NCBI RefSeq assembly: GCF_000196355.1
Contig: NC_007614.1
Coordinates: 300,001-332,000, forward strand
DNA length: 32,000 bases
Source: Nitrosospira multiformis ATCC 25196
Lineage (GTDB): Bacteria > Pseudomonadota > Gammaproteobacteria > Burkholderiales > Nitrosomonadaceae
Direction of reading: 5' to 3'
A model generated the notes under the pieces. The model did not search any database. It was not told the origin of the DNA and saw only the letters and a list, made by a program, of their open reading frames with translations. The translations under genes and the position numbers were made by a program. Shown here in pieces: positions 8,676-18,200 of the stretch. Position 1 is the first letter of the stretch; every line of letters begins with the position of its first letter.

Positions 8676-9800
8676 ATGCAAATACCGTTCAACAAACCCT
8701 ATATGACCGGGAAGGAGCTATGGTATGTCAGCCAGGCTCATGCGAACGGACATCTGGCCGGCGACGGGGTTTTCACGAAGAAATGCAATGCGTGGCTGGA
8801 ACGCCGGATCGGGTGTAAAAAAGCGTTGCTGACGCATTCCTGCACGGCTGCGCTGGAGATGGCGGCCATTCTTGCGCAGATCGGACCCGGCGATGAGGTC
8901 ATCATGCCTTCCTATACTTTCGTCTCCACCGCCAATGCGTTCGCATTGAGAGGGGGCGTGCCTGTATTCGTGGACATCCGGCCTGATACATTCAATATCG
9001 ACGAAACCCTGATCGAGGCTGCCATCACCCCGAAAACCAAAGCGATCGTTGCTGTTCACTACGCGGGAGTGGGATGCGAGATGGATGCCATCATGTCCAT
9101 CGCCGAACGGTATGGTTTGTTCGTGATCGAGGATGCAGCCCAGGGTCTTATGTCAACCTACAAGGGCAGACCGCTGGGCAGTATCGGCCATCTCGCAGCG
9201 CTGAGCTTCCACGAGACCAAGAACATCATTTCCGGGGAAGGGGGAGCTCTGCTGGTGAACGACGCACGCTTTGCGGAGCAAGCGGAAATAATCAGGGAAA
9301 AAGGTACCAATCGCAGTCAGTTTTTTCGTGGGCAGGTGGATAAGTATACCTGGGTGGATTTCGGCTCATCCTATCTTCCCAGTGAACTCATTGCTGCCTT
9401 TCTCTGGGCTCAGATAGAGGAGGCGGATGCAATCACGCAACGCCGTCTCGATATCTGGGACGTCTACCACGCTAATTTCGAACTTTTGGAAAAACAGGGG
9501 AAGATCCATCGTCCGACCATTCCTTCTGATTGCATGCACAACGCCCATATGTACTATCTCCTGTTGCCCGACCTGGACAGGCGCACCGCTTTCATCAACG
9601 CTCTCCGGCAGAAGGGAATAGGAACAGTTTTTCATTACGTTCCTCTTGACAGCTCTCCCATGGGGGAAAAGTGGGGCCGCAAGTCAGGCGCATTAACGCG
9701 GACACGAGAGTTGAGCGACCGGCTGGTCAGGCTGCCGCTATGGCTGGGCCTGGAGGAATACCAGAACGAAGTCATTCAGCATGTCGCGGCCGAGTTATGA
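8676..9800 (+). CDS. rffA: dTDP-4-amino-4,6-dideoxygalactose transaminase (DegT/DnrJ/EryC1 family)
   Basis: ORF track opens at 8643 (TTG), but ATG at 8676 gives the expected N-terminus 'MQIPFNKPYMTGKELWYVSQAHANGHLAGDG'; 'HSCTAALEMAAILAQIGPGDEVIMPSYTFVSTANAFALRGGVPVFVD', 'SFHETKNIISGEGGALLVND', 'IREKGTNRSQFFRGQVDKYTWVD' are near-identical to remembered E. coli WecE/RffA. Confidence 0.95.
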   Translation: MQIPFNKPYMTGKELWYVSQAHANGHLAGDGVFTKKCNAWLERRIGCKKALLTHSCTAALEMAAILAQIGPGDEVIMPSYTFVSTANAFALRGGVPVFVDIRPDTFNIDETLIEAAITPKTKAIVAVHYAGVGCEMDAIMSIAERYGLFVIEDAAQGLMSTYKGRPLGSIGHLAALSFHETKNIISGEGGALLVNDARFAEQAEIIREKGTNRSQFFRGQVDKYTWVDFGSSYLPSELIAAFLWAQIEEADAITQRRLDIWDVYHANFELLEKQGKIHRPTIPSDCMHNAHMYYLLLPDLDRRTAFINALRQKGIGTVFHYVPLDSSPMGEKWGRKSGALTRTRELSDRLVRLPLWLGLEEYQNEVIQHVAAEL

Positions 9801-9927
9801 AAAAGTCACGTTCCAGTTTCCATATTCTTTGCATAAGTCATCTGGCGCGGCTTCCTATATGTTCCTGACTGGAGTTTCGCGTAAATCTTCCGTTAAGCCA
9901 TGCTGGACCTGACCGCACTGCAAAAAA

Positions 9928-11148
9928 TTGATGCGAATTCTGCATATCCTTGATCACTCCATTCCCCTGCACAGCGGCTACACTTTCCGAACGCTTTCGA
10001 TTCTGAATGAACAACGGAACCTGGGGTGGGAAACCTTTCATCTGACCGGATCGAAGCAGGAAAATTGCAGTGTGCTGGAAGAGTGCGTGGAAGGATGGCA
10101 TTTTTATCGTACCCCAGCCCCGTCAGGACTGAGGGCACGGCTGCCCGTCTTGAATCAGCTGGCTGTCATGGAGGCTCTTACCCATCGCCTGACTGAGGTG
10201 GTCAAGATTGTCGAACCGGATATCCTGCACGCGCATTCTCCAGTCCTGAACGCTTTGCCTGCCTTGCGCGTGGGGCGGAGATCGGGTATTCCTGTCGTCT
10301 ACGAAGTCCGGGCATTCTGGGAAGATGCGGCCGTAGATCACGGCACTCATCGCGAATGGGGCGCACGATATCGTCTCACCCGTGAGCTGGAGAGTTACGC
10401 GTTAAGGCATGTTGATGCAGTAACCACGATTTGTGAGGGGCTGCGCGGCGACATCCTCAAGCGGGGTATTCCGTCAGAAAAGGTAACTGTCATTCCCAAT
10501 GCGGTCAATCTCGAAACTTTCAGGATGAGCGAGCGCGGGGATTTGCAACTTGCAAACGCACTCGGGATGGAGGGCAAGGTGTTGCTCGGCTTCATCGGCT
10601 CGTTTTACGCGTATGAAGGATTGACTGTACTGCTCAACGCACTGCCCCGTATGTTAGCGGCAAATCCCGACATCCGCATTCTTCTGGTGGGAGGAGGGCC
10701 TCAGGAAGACGAATTAAAATCTCTTACAGCCCGGAGGGGTCTGCAAGGCAAGGTTATTTTCACGGGCCGCGTTCCCCATGATCAGGTTCGGCGCTATTAC
10801 AATCTGATCGATATTCTCGTTTATCCGAGATTGCCCATGCGCCTTACAGACCTGGTCACGCCCCTCAAGCCGCTGGAGGCCATGGCGCAAGGAAGGCTCG
10901 TTGCCGCTTCAGATGTAGGCGGACATCTCGAGCTCATCCAGGATGGAAAAACCGGAGTGCTTTTCAAGGCTGGCGATTCCGACGCCTTGGCAGCCCGGAT
11001 ATTGAATCTCATATCCAGCACCGATACCTGGGATACCCTTCGGGCCGGGGCGCGCGATTTTGTCGAAACCCAGCGCAACTGGGCTGGCAGCGTGGCCGGC
11101 TATAAGGAGATCTATCGCACTCTCCTTTCAAGGAAAGCATCGTCATGA
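9928..11148 (+). CDS. Glycosyltransferase family 4, exosortase-A-system-associated type
   Basis: 406 aa (TTG at 9928, ATG at 9931); 'MRILHILDHSIPLHSGYTFRTLSILNEQRNLGWETFHLTG' resembles the exosortase-A-associated glycosyltransferase family (TIGR04063-like); C-terminal GT4 motif 'PLKPLEAMAQGRLVAASDVGGHLELI'. Confidence 0.9.
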   Translation: MMRILHILDHSIPLHSGYTFRTLSILNEQRNLGWETFHLTGSKQENCSVLEECVEGWHFYRTPAPSGLRARLPVLNQLAVMEALTHRLTEVVKIVEPDILHAHSPVLNALPALRVGRRSGIPVVYEVRAFWEDAAVDHGTHREWGARYRLTRELESYALRHVDAVTTICEGLRGDILKRGIPSEKVTVIPNAVNLETFRMSERGDLQLANALGMEGKVLLGFIGSFYAYEGLTVLLNALPRMLAANPDIRILLVGGGPQEDELKSLTARRGLQGKVIFTGRVPHDQVRRYYNLIDILVYPRLPMRLTDLVTPLKPLEAMAQGRLVAASDVGGHLELIQDGKTGVLFKAGDSDALAARILNLISSTDTWDTLRAGARDFVETQRNWAGSVAGYKEIYRTLLSRKASS

Positions 11149-12257
11149 AAGCTGGCTTGCGCATTGGATTGGTCGGGCCTCTGCCTCCTCCTTCAGGGGG
11201 AATGGCCAACCAGACGTTGCAGTTGGCAGGACTCCTGCGAGAAGAGCATGTTGAGGTGGAGCTGATTCAGGTCAATCGTCCCTACCGGCCTGGCTGGATT
11301 GGAAGATTCAAGGGGATCAGGGCGGGCTTCCGCCTGCTGTCCTATGTCAGCCAACTGTGGCTTTCCGCCGGCAGAGTTCAATTATTTCACGTGATGGCCA
11401 ATTCCGGCTGGTCGTGGCACTTGTTTGCTGCTCCCGCCATCTGGATTGCACGGCTCAGGGGTAAGCCGGTGATTATCAATTATCGGGGAGGCGAGGCGGA
11501 CTCCTTCTTTGATAAAGCCTTTTCGTGGGTAAAGCCGAGCTTGTCAAGAGCAAATGCAATTATCGTTCCTTCCGGGTTTCTGGAAGGGGTTTTCGGCAAA
11601 CGCGGCTTTTCGGCCAGTATCGTTCCCAATATCATCGACCTGAGCCGCTTCGGAGCAGGAATGCGGTCCGATACCTCCACGGTGGAAGCCGGACCTGACT
11701 CTCCCCATATCATCGTCACCCGCAATCTGGAGCCGATTTACGACAATGAGACTGCACTGCGCGCCTTTCACATCGTAAGACGCTCCTTCCCCGCTGCGAA
11801 GCTCACCTTGGCCGGATCCGGCCCGGAGCGGCACACGTTGGAGCAACTTGCCTTCGCATTGGGCATAGGGGGGGCCGTGACATTCACCGGGCGCGTGGAC
11901 AACGAAGGCATGGCTGCAATCTATCGCAGCGCGAGTGTGATGCTCAATCCGAGCCTCGCCGATAATATGCCTATATCGATACTTGAAGCTTTGGCAAGCG
12001 GCGTCCCGGTGGTGAGTACGAACGTGGGGGGTGTCCCCTATCTCGTTGAGCATGAAAAGAACGCCTTGCTCGTACCCGCGCGCGACCCCCAGGCGATGGC
12101 CAATGCAGTTCTGCGGCTGCTCAATGATGCAGCCAGGACCCGGCGTCTGATCGAGGCGGGTATGGAATGCGTGCAGCGCTACACCTGGCCGAACGTGCGC
12201 GTCCCCCTGTTCCGTGTCTATGAGCAGGTTCTTGCCGCACCAGACAGATCCTGTTGA
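11145..12257 (+). CDS. Glycosyltransferase family 4
   Basis: 370 aa; 'IGLVGPLPPPSGGMANQTLQLAGLL', 'VTFTGRVDNEGMAAIYRSASVMLNPSLADNMPISILEALASGVPVVSTNVGGVPYLV'. ATGA overlap with preceding CDS. Confidence 0.92.
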   Translation: MKAGLRIGLVGPLPPPSGGMANQTLQLAGLLREEHVEVELIQVNRPYRPGWIGRFKGIRAGFRLLSYVSQLWLSAGRVQLFHVMANSGWSWHLFAAPAIWIARLRGKPVIINYRGGEADSFFDKAFSWVKPSLSRANAIIVPSGFLEGVFGKRGFSASIVPNIIDLSRFGAGMRSDTSTVEAGPDSPHIIVTRNLEPIYDNETALRAFHIVRRSFPAAKLTLAGSGPERHTLEQLAFALGIGGAVTFTGRVDNEGMAAIYRSASVMLNPSLADNMPISILEALASGVPVVSTNVGGVPYLVEHEKNALLVPARDPQAMANAVLRLLNDAARTRRLIEAGMECVQRYTWPNVRVPLFRVYEQVLAAPDRSC

Positions 12258-12279
12258 GTGACGCTGAAAGCTTTGATAA

Positions 12280-13641
12280 ATGAAAAACAGGGACTGGTAT
12301 ACATCGCTTGTATCGGGTCTTCTCTTTCCGCTGCAAGAGCGCCTCAAGGATCACTCCACGGTATCGGTACGCAAGGCGCTGGAGCTGTCTCAATGGTGGA
12401 ATCGGGAGCGCCTGGAGAACTTGCAGCTGTTGAAGTTGCGCCATCTGCTGGCTGAAGCAGAAGCGCACGTACCTTATTACCGCCGAATATTTGCGGAGAT
12501 TGGCTTCAAGGCAGCCGAGGTGTCCAGCCTTGCCGATCTGGCGCGCTTGCCGCTTCTCGATAAACCTGCGATCCGCGCCGATACGGAGGCATTGAAGTCC
12601 CAAAAAGCCAGAAGCCTGCGCTCTTTCAACACTGGAGGGTCGAGCGGAGAACCGCTCACCTTTTATATCGGCAGGGAGCGCGTCAGCCATGATGTGGCGG
12701 CAAAGTGGCGTGCCACACGCTGGTGGGACGTGGATATCGGCGATCCTGAGATGGTGGTCTGGGGCTCTCCCATCGAACTCGGGGCGCAGGATCGTCTTCG
12801 CATGCTTCGTGATCGGCTGCTCAGAACAAGGTTGTTTCCGGCGTTCGAAATGTCGGAGCAAAAGCTCGATCGCTTCCTGGGCGAACTGCGCGCCGCGCCC
12901 CCCAGAATGTTTTTCGGCTACCCTTCGGCCTTGTCCCATATTGCCCGCCATGCGCAGGCAAGAGGACAGCGAATGGACGACCTGGGTATCAACGTGGCAT
13001 TCGTTACTTCGGAACGACTTTACGATGAACAGCGACAGCAGATCAGTAAAACCTTTGGATGTCCTGTTGCCAATGGCTATGGAGGACGCGATGCGGGTTT
13101 CATCGCCCATGAATGCCCGGAGGGTGGCATGCACATAACGGCAGAGGATATTATCGTGGAGATCGTGGATCGACAGGGGGTCCCGCTACCCTGTGGCGAA
13201 GCAGGAGAAATCATAGTCACTCATCTCTCTACCGCAGAATTTCCGTTCATTCGCTATCGCACGGGGGATATAGGAATACTGGATGATCGAATCTGTCGCT
13301 GCGGGCGAGGCCTTCCCCTTCTCCGCGAAATTCAGGGTCGCAGCACGGATTTTGTCGTCGCCCAGGATGGGACGGTCATGCATGGTCTGGCCTTGATATA
13401 CATCCTGCGAGAATTGCCGCAGATCAGTCATTTCAAAATCATCCAGGAGAGTCTGAACCTTATCCATATATGGGTGGTTTCCGGGGCAAAGCTCGATCGG
13501 GAGATCACTGCAAAAATCGAGGAAGAATTCAAGGCGCGGCTTGGGCAATCCGTTGAGGTTCTGATCGAGGAGACAACTGAAATTCCAGCAGAAAAATCCG
13601 GCAAGTTTCGTTATGTGATAAGTAAAATCGCCGGGGCTTGA
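12280..13641 (+). CDS. Phenylacetate-CoA ligase (PaaK)/CapK-like adenylate-forming protein
   Basis: 453 aa; AMP-binding signature 'SFNTGGSSGEPLTFYIG', 'NGYGGRDAGFIAHECPEGGMHI', 'EIIVTHLSTAEFPFIRYRTGDIGIL'. Confidence 0.92.
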   Translation: MKNRDWYTSLVSGLLFPLQERLKDHSTVSVRKALELSQWWNRERLENLQLLKLRHLLAEAEAHVPYYRRIFAEIGFKAAEVSSLADLARLPLLDKPAIRADTEALKSQKARSLRSFNTGGSSGEPLTFYIGRERVSHDVAAKWRATRWWDVDIGDPEMVVWGSPIELGAQDRLRMLRDRLLRTRLFPAFEMSEQKLDRFLGELRAAPPRMFFGYPSALSHIARHAQARGQRMDDLGINVAFVTSERLYDEQRQQISKTFGCPVANGYGGRDAGFIAHECPEGGMHITAEDIIVEIVDRQGVPLPCGEAGEIIVTHLSTAEFPFIRYRTGDIGILDDRICRCGRGLPLLREIQGRSTDFVVAQDGTVMHGLALIYILRELPQISHFKIIQESLNLIHIWVVSGAKLDREITAKIEEEFKARLGQSVEVLIEETTEIPAEKSGKFRYVISKIAGA

Positions 13642-13773
13642 AAAACATTGCAATAAGTTTCACTTCTCTACAGATATTTCGCATATCGCTACCGTCAATT
13701 CCTCCGCCTGATGAGACTTCAGTTCGATTACTTGGAATGATGGCAGGAAACACTCTTTCAGCAGTGCAAACCG

Positions 13774-15273
13774 ATGGATAAGCAGCAACATCAGTCCGAT
13801 ATTACCGCCAAGGTGTTATACGGCGCCCGCTGGTCGGCCATGCTCCGGGTGACCGGCCAAATGGTCAGCTGGCTCAGTACCATCATCGTCGTGCGCTTCA
13901 TCCGCCCGGAGGATTACGGACTCAATGCCATGTTGGAAGCGCCACTCGAACTCCTCATGCTACTCAGCACGTTTGGCCTCGACTTGGCCCTGGTCCGGTG
14001 GAAAACGATCGAGCAGGAGGAATTGCGCAGTGTCTTCGGCTCGCTGCTGATCATCAACGGACTCCTTTTTCTCGTCTATTTCTTTGGCGGCAGTCTGATG
14101 GCTGCTTATTTTGATGAACCTCGTCTTGAATCGCTGGCTCAGGTGCTGGCCTTCGTTTTTATCCTGGCACCGTTTCGGGTCATTCCCAACGCACTGCTGG
14201 ATCGTAATCTGAAATTCAAGCTGCGCGCTTTGGCCGAGTTTATTGCAAACATAAGCGCCGCTGTAGCGACACTGGTGCTTGCAATTCTCGGCTGGGGAGT
14301 CTGGGCCTTGGTATCGGGGGTGCTGATCAACCGGATTCTTCTCGCAATTATATTGATGGTCCTGCAGCCCTGGTTCATCATGCCCTCTTTGAACTTCCCG
14401 GCTGTACGCGCCATGATGGTCTTCGGCGGCGTTTTGTCCTTGGGCGGGGCAGTCGTGCTCGTCACTGACAAGCTTGCCACCCTGATTGCCGGTCCTGTTC
14501 TGGGCGCGGAATTACTCGGTATTTTTGCCGTTACCTTTCAGTTTGCGCTGTTGCCGCTCGCCAAGATAATGCCGGTAATTAATCCCATTATCTTTCCCGC
14601 ATTTTCCAAATTCCAGGATCAGCCCGGGGTGGCAACGTACTATTTGAGTAAATCTCTTGGTATTGTTTCGCTGGCCTTGTTTCCTGTCATGATAGGGCTG
14701 GCCTGCATCGCACAGGAATTCGTGGCTACGGTGCTGGGTAACAAATGGGCGGCAGTGGCTTTGCCGCTCGCATTATTGTCCACCGTGATGCCATTCAGGA
14801 TGACGACATCTTTTCTCCGGCCGGTACTGGCAAGCATGGGACGAGCCGATCTTTCGTTGAAGTCTGCTGTTTTCGCCTTGATTATCTTATTGCCGCTGAT
14901 ATTGGTGGGTGCTCATTACGGAGTGATGGGGCTGGTGATGGCCATGGTGGTGACCGAACTGATCGTCGTCTTTCTGACTATCGGCATGAGCAAGGCAGTT
15001 CTGCACACGTCCTTTACAGGGATTGCGCTGAGCCTTCGCCCCGCCATAGCCGCTTCTACAGTGATGGCGGCGTGCCTGATGGGCGCAAAAATAGCCTTGG
15101 GCGACGCATTTGGCAGTAGTGCCAACCTTATCACATTACTTATCGAAATCAGTTTTGGCGCACTTGTTTATTTCTTGACGTTGCGGATCTTCTACGGAAA
15201 ACTGCTGGATGACACCATACGGTTGTTTCTGGGCCGTAATGGGGGACTTGCTCATCTGCCAAATGAGTCGTGA
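13774..15273 (+). CDS. Lipopolysaccharide/polysaccharide flippase (Wzx-like, MOP superfamily)
   Basis: 499 aa multi-TM protein; 'LYGARWSAMLRVTGQMVSWLSTIIVVRFIRPEDYGLNAMLEAPLELLMLLSTFGLDLALVRWKTIEQEELRSVFGSLLIINGLLF'. Confidence 0.92.
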   Translation: MDKQQHQSDITAKVLYGARWSAMLRVTGQMVSWLSTIIVVRFIRPEDYGLNAMLEAPLELLMLLSTFGLDLALVRWKTIEQEELRSVFGSLLIINGLLFLVYFFGGSLMAAYFDEPRLESLAQVLAFVFILAPFRVIPNALLDRNLKFKLRALAEFIANISAAVATLVLAILGWGVWALVSGVLINRILLAIILMVLQPWFIMPSLNFPAVRAMMVFGGVLSLGGAVVLVTDKLATLIAGPVLGAELLGIFAVTFQFALLPLAKIMPVINPIIFPAFSKFQDQPGVATYYLSKSLGIVSLALFPVMIGLACIAQEFVATVLGNKWAAVALPLALLSTVMPFRMTTSFLRPVLASMGRADLSLKSAVFALIILLPLILVGAHYGVMGLVMAMVVTELIVVFLTIGMSKAVLHTSFTGIALSLRPAIAASTVMAACLMGAKIALGDAFGSSANLITLLIEISFGALVYFLTLRIFYGKLLDDTIRLFLGRNGGLAHLPNES

Positions 15274-15316
15274 GCTTCGCCCCTGTCATCAGTTATCGGT
15301 GCGTTATATCGGGGAG

Positions 15317-17167
15317 TTATCTCCAATAGACCAGCAGATCTCCGATTTCCTTGGAATTTGCAAAGCCATTCCGGGTCAAGGCGTTCTGCACCCTGGGATC
15401 AGCGGCGGTGTTTTTAGCAATAACGACGGAACGAAGATTTTCATACTCGAGCAGAGTCTGAAATGCGGGTAAGCAATCCGGTTCATCGCCATTCACAAAT
15501 TCGGATGCGCAGATTCGCTGGTCGATTTCTGTACCAAGACCCCGTTCCCTAAACCATACCCTCTCTGCGTCAGTGAAAACACGCATTTGCGGATAGTTTC
15601 CGCTTAGCATGGTAATAATGCCGTTGACAGGCAGTGGGGCGAGCATGGGTCCCGGCGGTACAACTGCAATCACGTCTGACGCCGCCTTTTCGAACCGTGC
15701 AGGCAGTTTATAACGTGGCCATCCGAATTCGGTTCTCAAGTACAGGACAGAGGTGGTAAAGGGGACGAAATGAGCGATGAAAAGCAGGAAAACTGTGCCC
15801 GAGATGAAAGCAAGCCGGACTGTTCTGGAATATTTTTCCACGTATTCATACAGTCCGGCTCCGGTCAGACCCAACAGGAGTGGCAATGGATAGACATAAA
15901 ACACTCGCCAGTAAATGTTGGGGGTCGTCAGGTATTTGATAATGAAGGGGGAAACAATCGGATTCAGGAATAGGACAAGGGCGGCCCCAATCCACGCCAG
16001 CAGGAAGCGGCGGGTCTTGCCCGAAGTCATCAATAGTCCCAATACCGTTGCGCCAAGTAAGGCAAGCGGTGTCGCCGGGCCTGATTTTTCAAAAAAGAAC
16101 CCCGCATGCCCCAGAAAAGTGACAGGAAAATCTTCATTGACGGGACTGTTTGCACTTAAATCGGAGTGGAAGTTTAAAAACATCAGCAAGGTATAGAGGA
16201 CCAGATAACTCAAGCTGAATGCATACGTTATCGCGTTTTTCAGGAATTGTTTATAGCTCCCTTCGTTTGCCGCAGCACAGGCGATAACAACCGCTATGGT
16301 CAGGACTGGAAGAAGCGCCATGCTGGAACTCGTCGCGCCGACCATGGCGGTGGTAACCGCAAAAGTCAGCATCCAGTCGGATAGGGAGTAAGTTCGAAAG
16401 AAATTGATAGTGGCGGCCGCAAACAGGGGTATTCCTGTCGAAAGGAAAAAAACCTTTCCGATAAAAACATTGGGAAATGACCAGGTACCCGGTGTTCGAG
16501 GCGTTTCCCCGAGAAGAAGAATGATGGCAACCGCGAACAGAGCGCCCACCGCCGCCGGCTTTGGATCAACAAATTGAGCGACAAGATAAAACAGGGTTAA
16601 TGGAATGAGAAAGCCGAGCAGAGCGGGGGAAACCAGGAAAAAAGCCGACAGGTAAGGAATGTTCAGGAAGTATGCTAATACCCCGAGAGTGTATTCATAC
16701 GGAAGGGAAGTGGCGCCGAAATAGGAGGTGATGGGCTCGCTCCCTGCCTCCATAAAGTGAATTGCAAAACCCATCGGTAAATCCGGGTTTTGGAGATAGT
16801 AAACAGCGTTGGGAACGTAATAAAAAAGATCGAAGCTGACTTTTCCGGCCCCCGTGTGAAAGAAGCTGGAGATAAAAGCGCCGCCGAGACCCGTGAGGAT
16901 CAGAAACGATAAAGTTCCGAGATCCTGCAGAACCCTCTGCCCGTACTGGCGCCGAAAAAAATTCCATGCCAGCAGGGACATTCCGAGCGTTAGGAAAAGA
17001 CCCAGCCTCGCATATATCTTGAAAGTGATACCGGAAACCTGGGCAATATGGGTCAGGATCGTCATACTGGCGAGTATGGCGACCAGCCAGAACAGAACGG
17101 ATTTCACGACCAGGAAACTGAGGTACGATTCGGGGTTGTTTTTAGTGAAATTCAATATCATCTCCAC
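15317..17167 (-). CDS. Large multi-pass membrane protein of unknown function, possible GT-C-like
   Basis: 616-aa ORF with many TM-like segments and a C-terminal soluble region ('MLSGNYPQMRVFTDAERVWFRERGLGTEIDQRICASEF'). No firm family recognised. Confidence 0.75.
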   Translation of the reverse strand: MEMILNFTKNNPESYLSFLVVKSVLFWLVAILASMTILTHIAQVSGITFKIYARLGLFLTLGMSLLAWNFFRRQYGQRVLQDLGTLSFLILTGLGGAFISSFFHTGAGKVSFDLFYYVPNAVYYLQNPDLPMGFAIHFMEAGSEPITSYFGATSLPYEYTLGVLAYFLNIPYLSAFFLVSPALLGFLIPLTLFYLVAQFVDPKPAAVGALFAVAIILLLGETPRTPGTWSFPNVFIGKVFFLSTGIPLFAAATINFFRTYSLSDWMLTFAVTTAMVGATSSSMALLPVLTIAVVIACAAANEGSYKQFLKNAITYAFSLSYLVLYTLLMFLNFHSDLSANSPVNEDFPVTFLGHAGFFFEKSGPATPLALLGATVLGLLMTSGKTRRFLLAWIGAALVLFLNPIVSPFIIKYLTTPNIYWRVFYVYPLPLLLGLTGAGLYEYVEKYSRTVRLAFISGTVFLLFIAHFVPFTTSVLYLRTEFGWPRYKLPARFEKAASDVIAVVPPGPMLAPLPVNGIITMLSGNYPQMRVFTDAERVWFRERGLGTEIDQRICASEFVNGDEPDCLPAFQTLLEYENLRSVVIAKNTAADPRVQNALTRNGFANSKEIGDLLVYWR

Positions 17168-17267
17168 AAAGTGGTAACCAACCGGCGTCCTCCGATTGAT
17201 ATCTGCGCCTGCCTCATCAATCCATTTATTGCCGCATGGATTCCGGGATCACTCCGGATAGAGCCCG

Positions 17268-18161
17268 TCAGCTAACCCGCATGGTCAGCGAGCGCGCAAG
17301 GGTCTCATAAGTGGGGGTATGCCCCGAAGCGTAGCCGGATAAATAATACCGTGCAGGTTCAAAGTGGTTTTCGGCTGTGAAAGGTTCCAGAAACTTATTG
17401 GTAACCAGTTCTCTCCTGATAAAAAAAGCGTTTGCTCCGGTCAAGTTGCAACCTACAAGGCAATATCCCATTTTATTCAGATTTGTTTCGAGAAATTTCA
17501 AGGAGGCGCCGAAACAGTCGTCCCCCGTCCACATATGGGTTTCGGTGTAATCCATGCAAAACAGGACGGGCGGCGCGAACTTGGCGTTATATTCAATCAC
17601 GATCACCCGTGGGGTGATACAGGAGATGGCCTGAAGAACATGATAATCATTCCCATCGATGTCCACCGATAGCAGATCAATTTCGCGGTGTTTTACGTTC
17701 GTTGCAATGAGGTTATCAATATTTGCTTTCGTGATAAAAGACTCGACGACAGCCAATTTGCCGCTTCCTATGATTTCTGAAAAATGATTGCGTATGCTGG
17801 TTATCGAATCGGACGAGGCATCGATCCACAAACCTTGCCAGTCTTCAAAAAGGAGGGCAAGCGTATTGTTTTCAAGGCCATTTCCGATCCCGAATTCCAC
17901 AAAAACCTTATTGGTTGTACCAATTCTGTTGAATATTTCCCGAATGATGCCGTCTTCATCATTTTGCGAATATATTTTCCCCCCGAAAGGAATCAGGCTT
18001 TTTGGCTCCTTGTAACGCTCATTGCTTCGCAGACGATCGATCTCGGTGCGAATGGAAAGCTGACGGGCGCGGCTTGTTTCGACGCTGATGTCATCCAGGG
18101 AGAGAGTGAAGTGATGCATCAGTTTTTTCAGTTTCTCCAGCATTGTTTTTTTCTCTGTCAT
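17268..18161 (-). CDS. FkbM-like/SAM methyltransferase-fold protein (divergent)
   Basis: 297 aa; 'KVFVEFGIGNGLENNTLALLFEDWQGLWIDASSDSITSI' (SAM motif I/II-like), 'IDLLSVDIDGNDYHVLQAISCITPRVIVIEYNA' (FkbM-like). Confidence 0.75.
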   Translation of the reverse strand: MTEKKTMLEKLKKLMHHFTLSLDDISVETSRARQLSIRTEIDRLRSNERYKEPKSLIPFGGKIYSQNDEDGIIREIFNRIGTTNKVFVEFGIGNGLENNTLALLFEDWQGLWIDASSDSITSIRNHFSEIIGSGKLAVVESFITKANIDNLIATNVKHREIDLLSVDIDGNDYHVLQAISCITPRVIVIEYNAKFAPPVLFCMDYTETHMWTGDDCFGASLKFLETNLNKMGYCLVGCNLTGANAFFIRRELVTNKFLEPFTAENHFEPARYYLSGYASGHTPTYETLARSLTMRVS

Positions 18162-18200
18162 AAGAAATCGTGGTGAGAGGCAAGGGCCCCTCTCAGACCG

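Noticed and set aside
9797-9868. Short ORF MKKSRSSFHILCISHLARLPICS overlapping the stop of the transaminase gene
   Set aside because: Only 23 codons, no family signal; likely chance.
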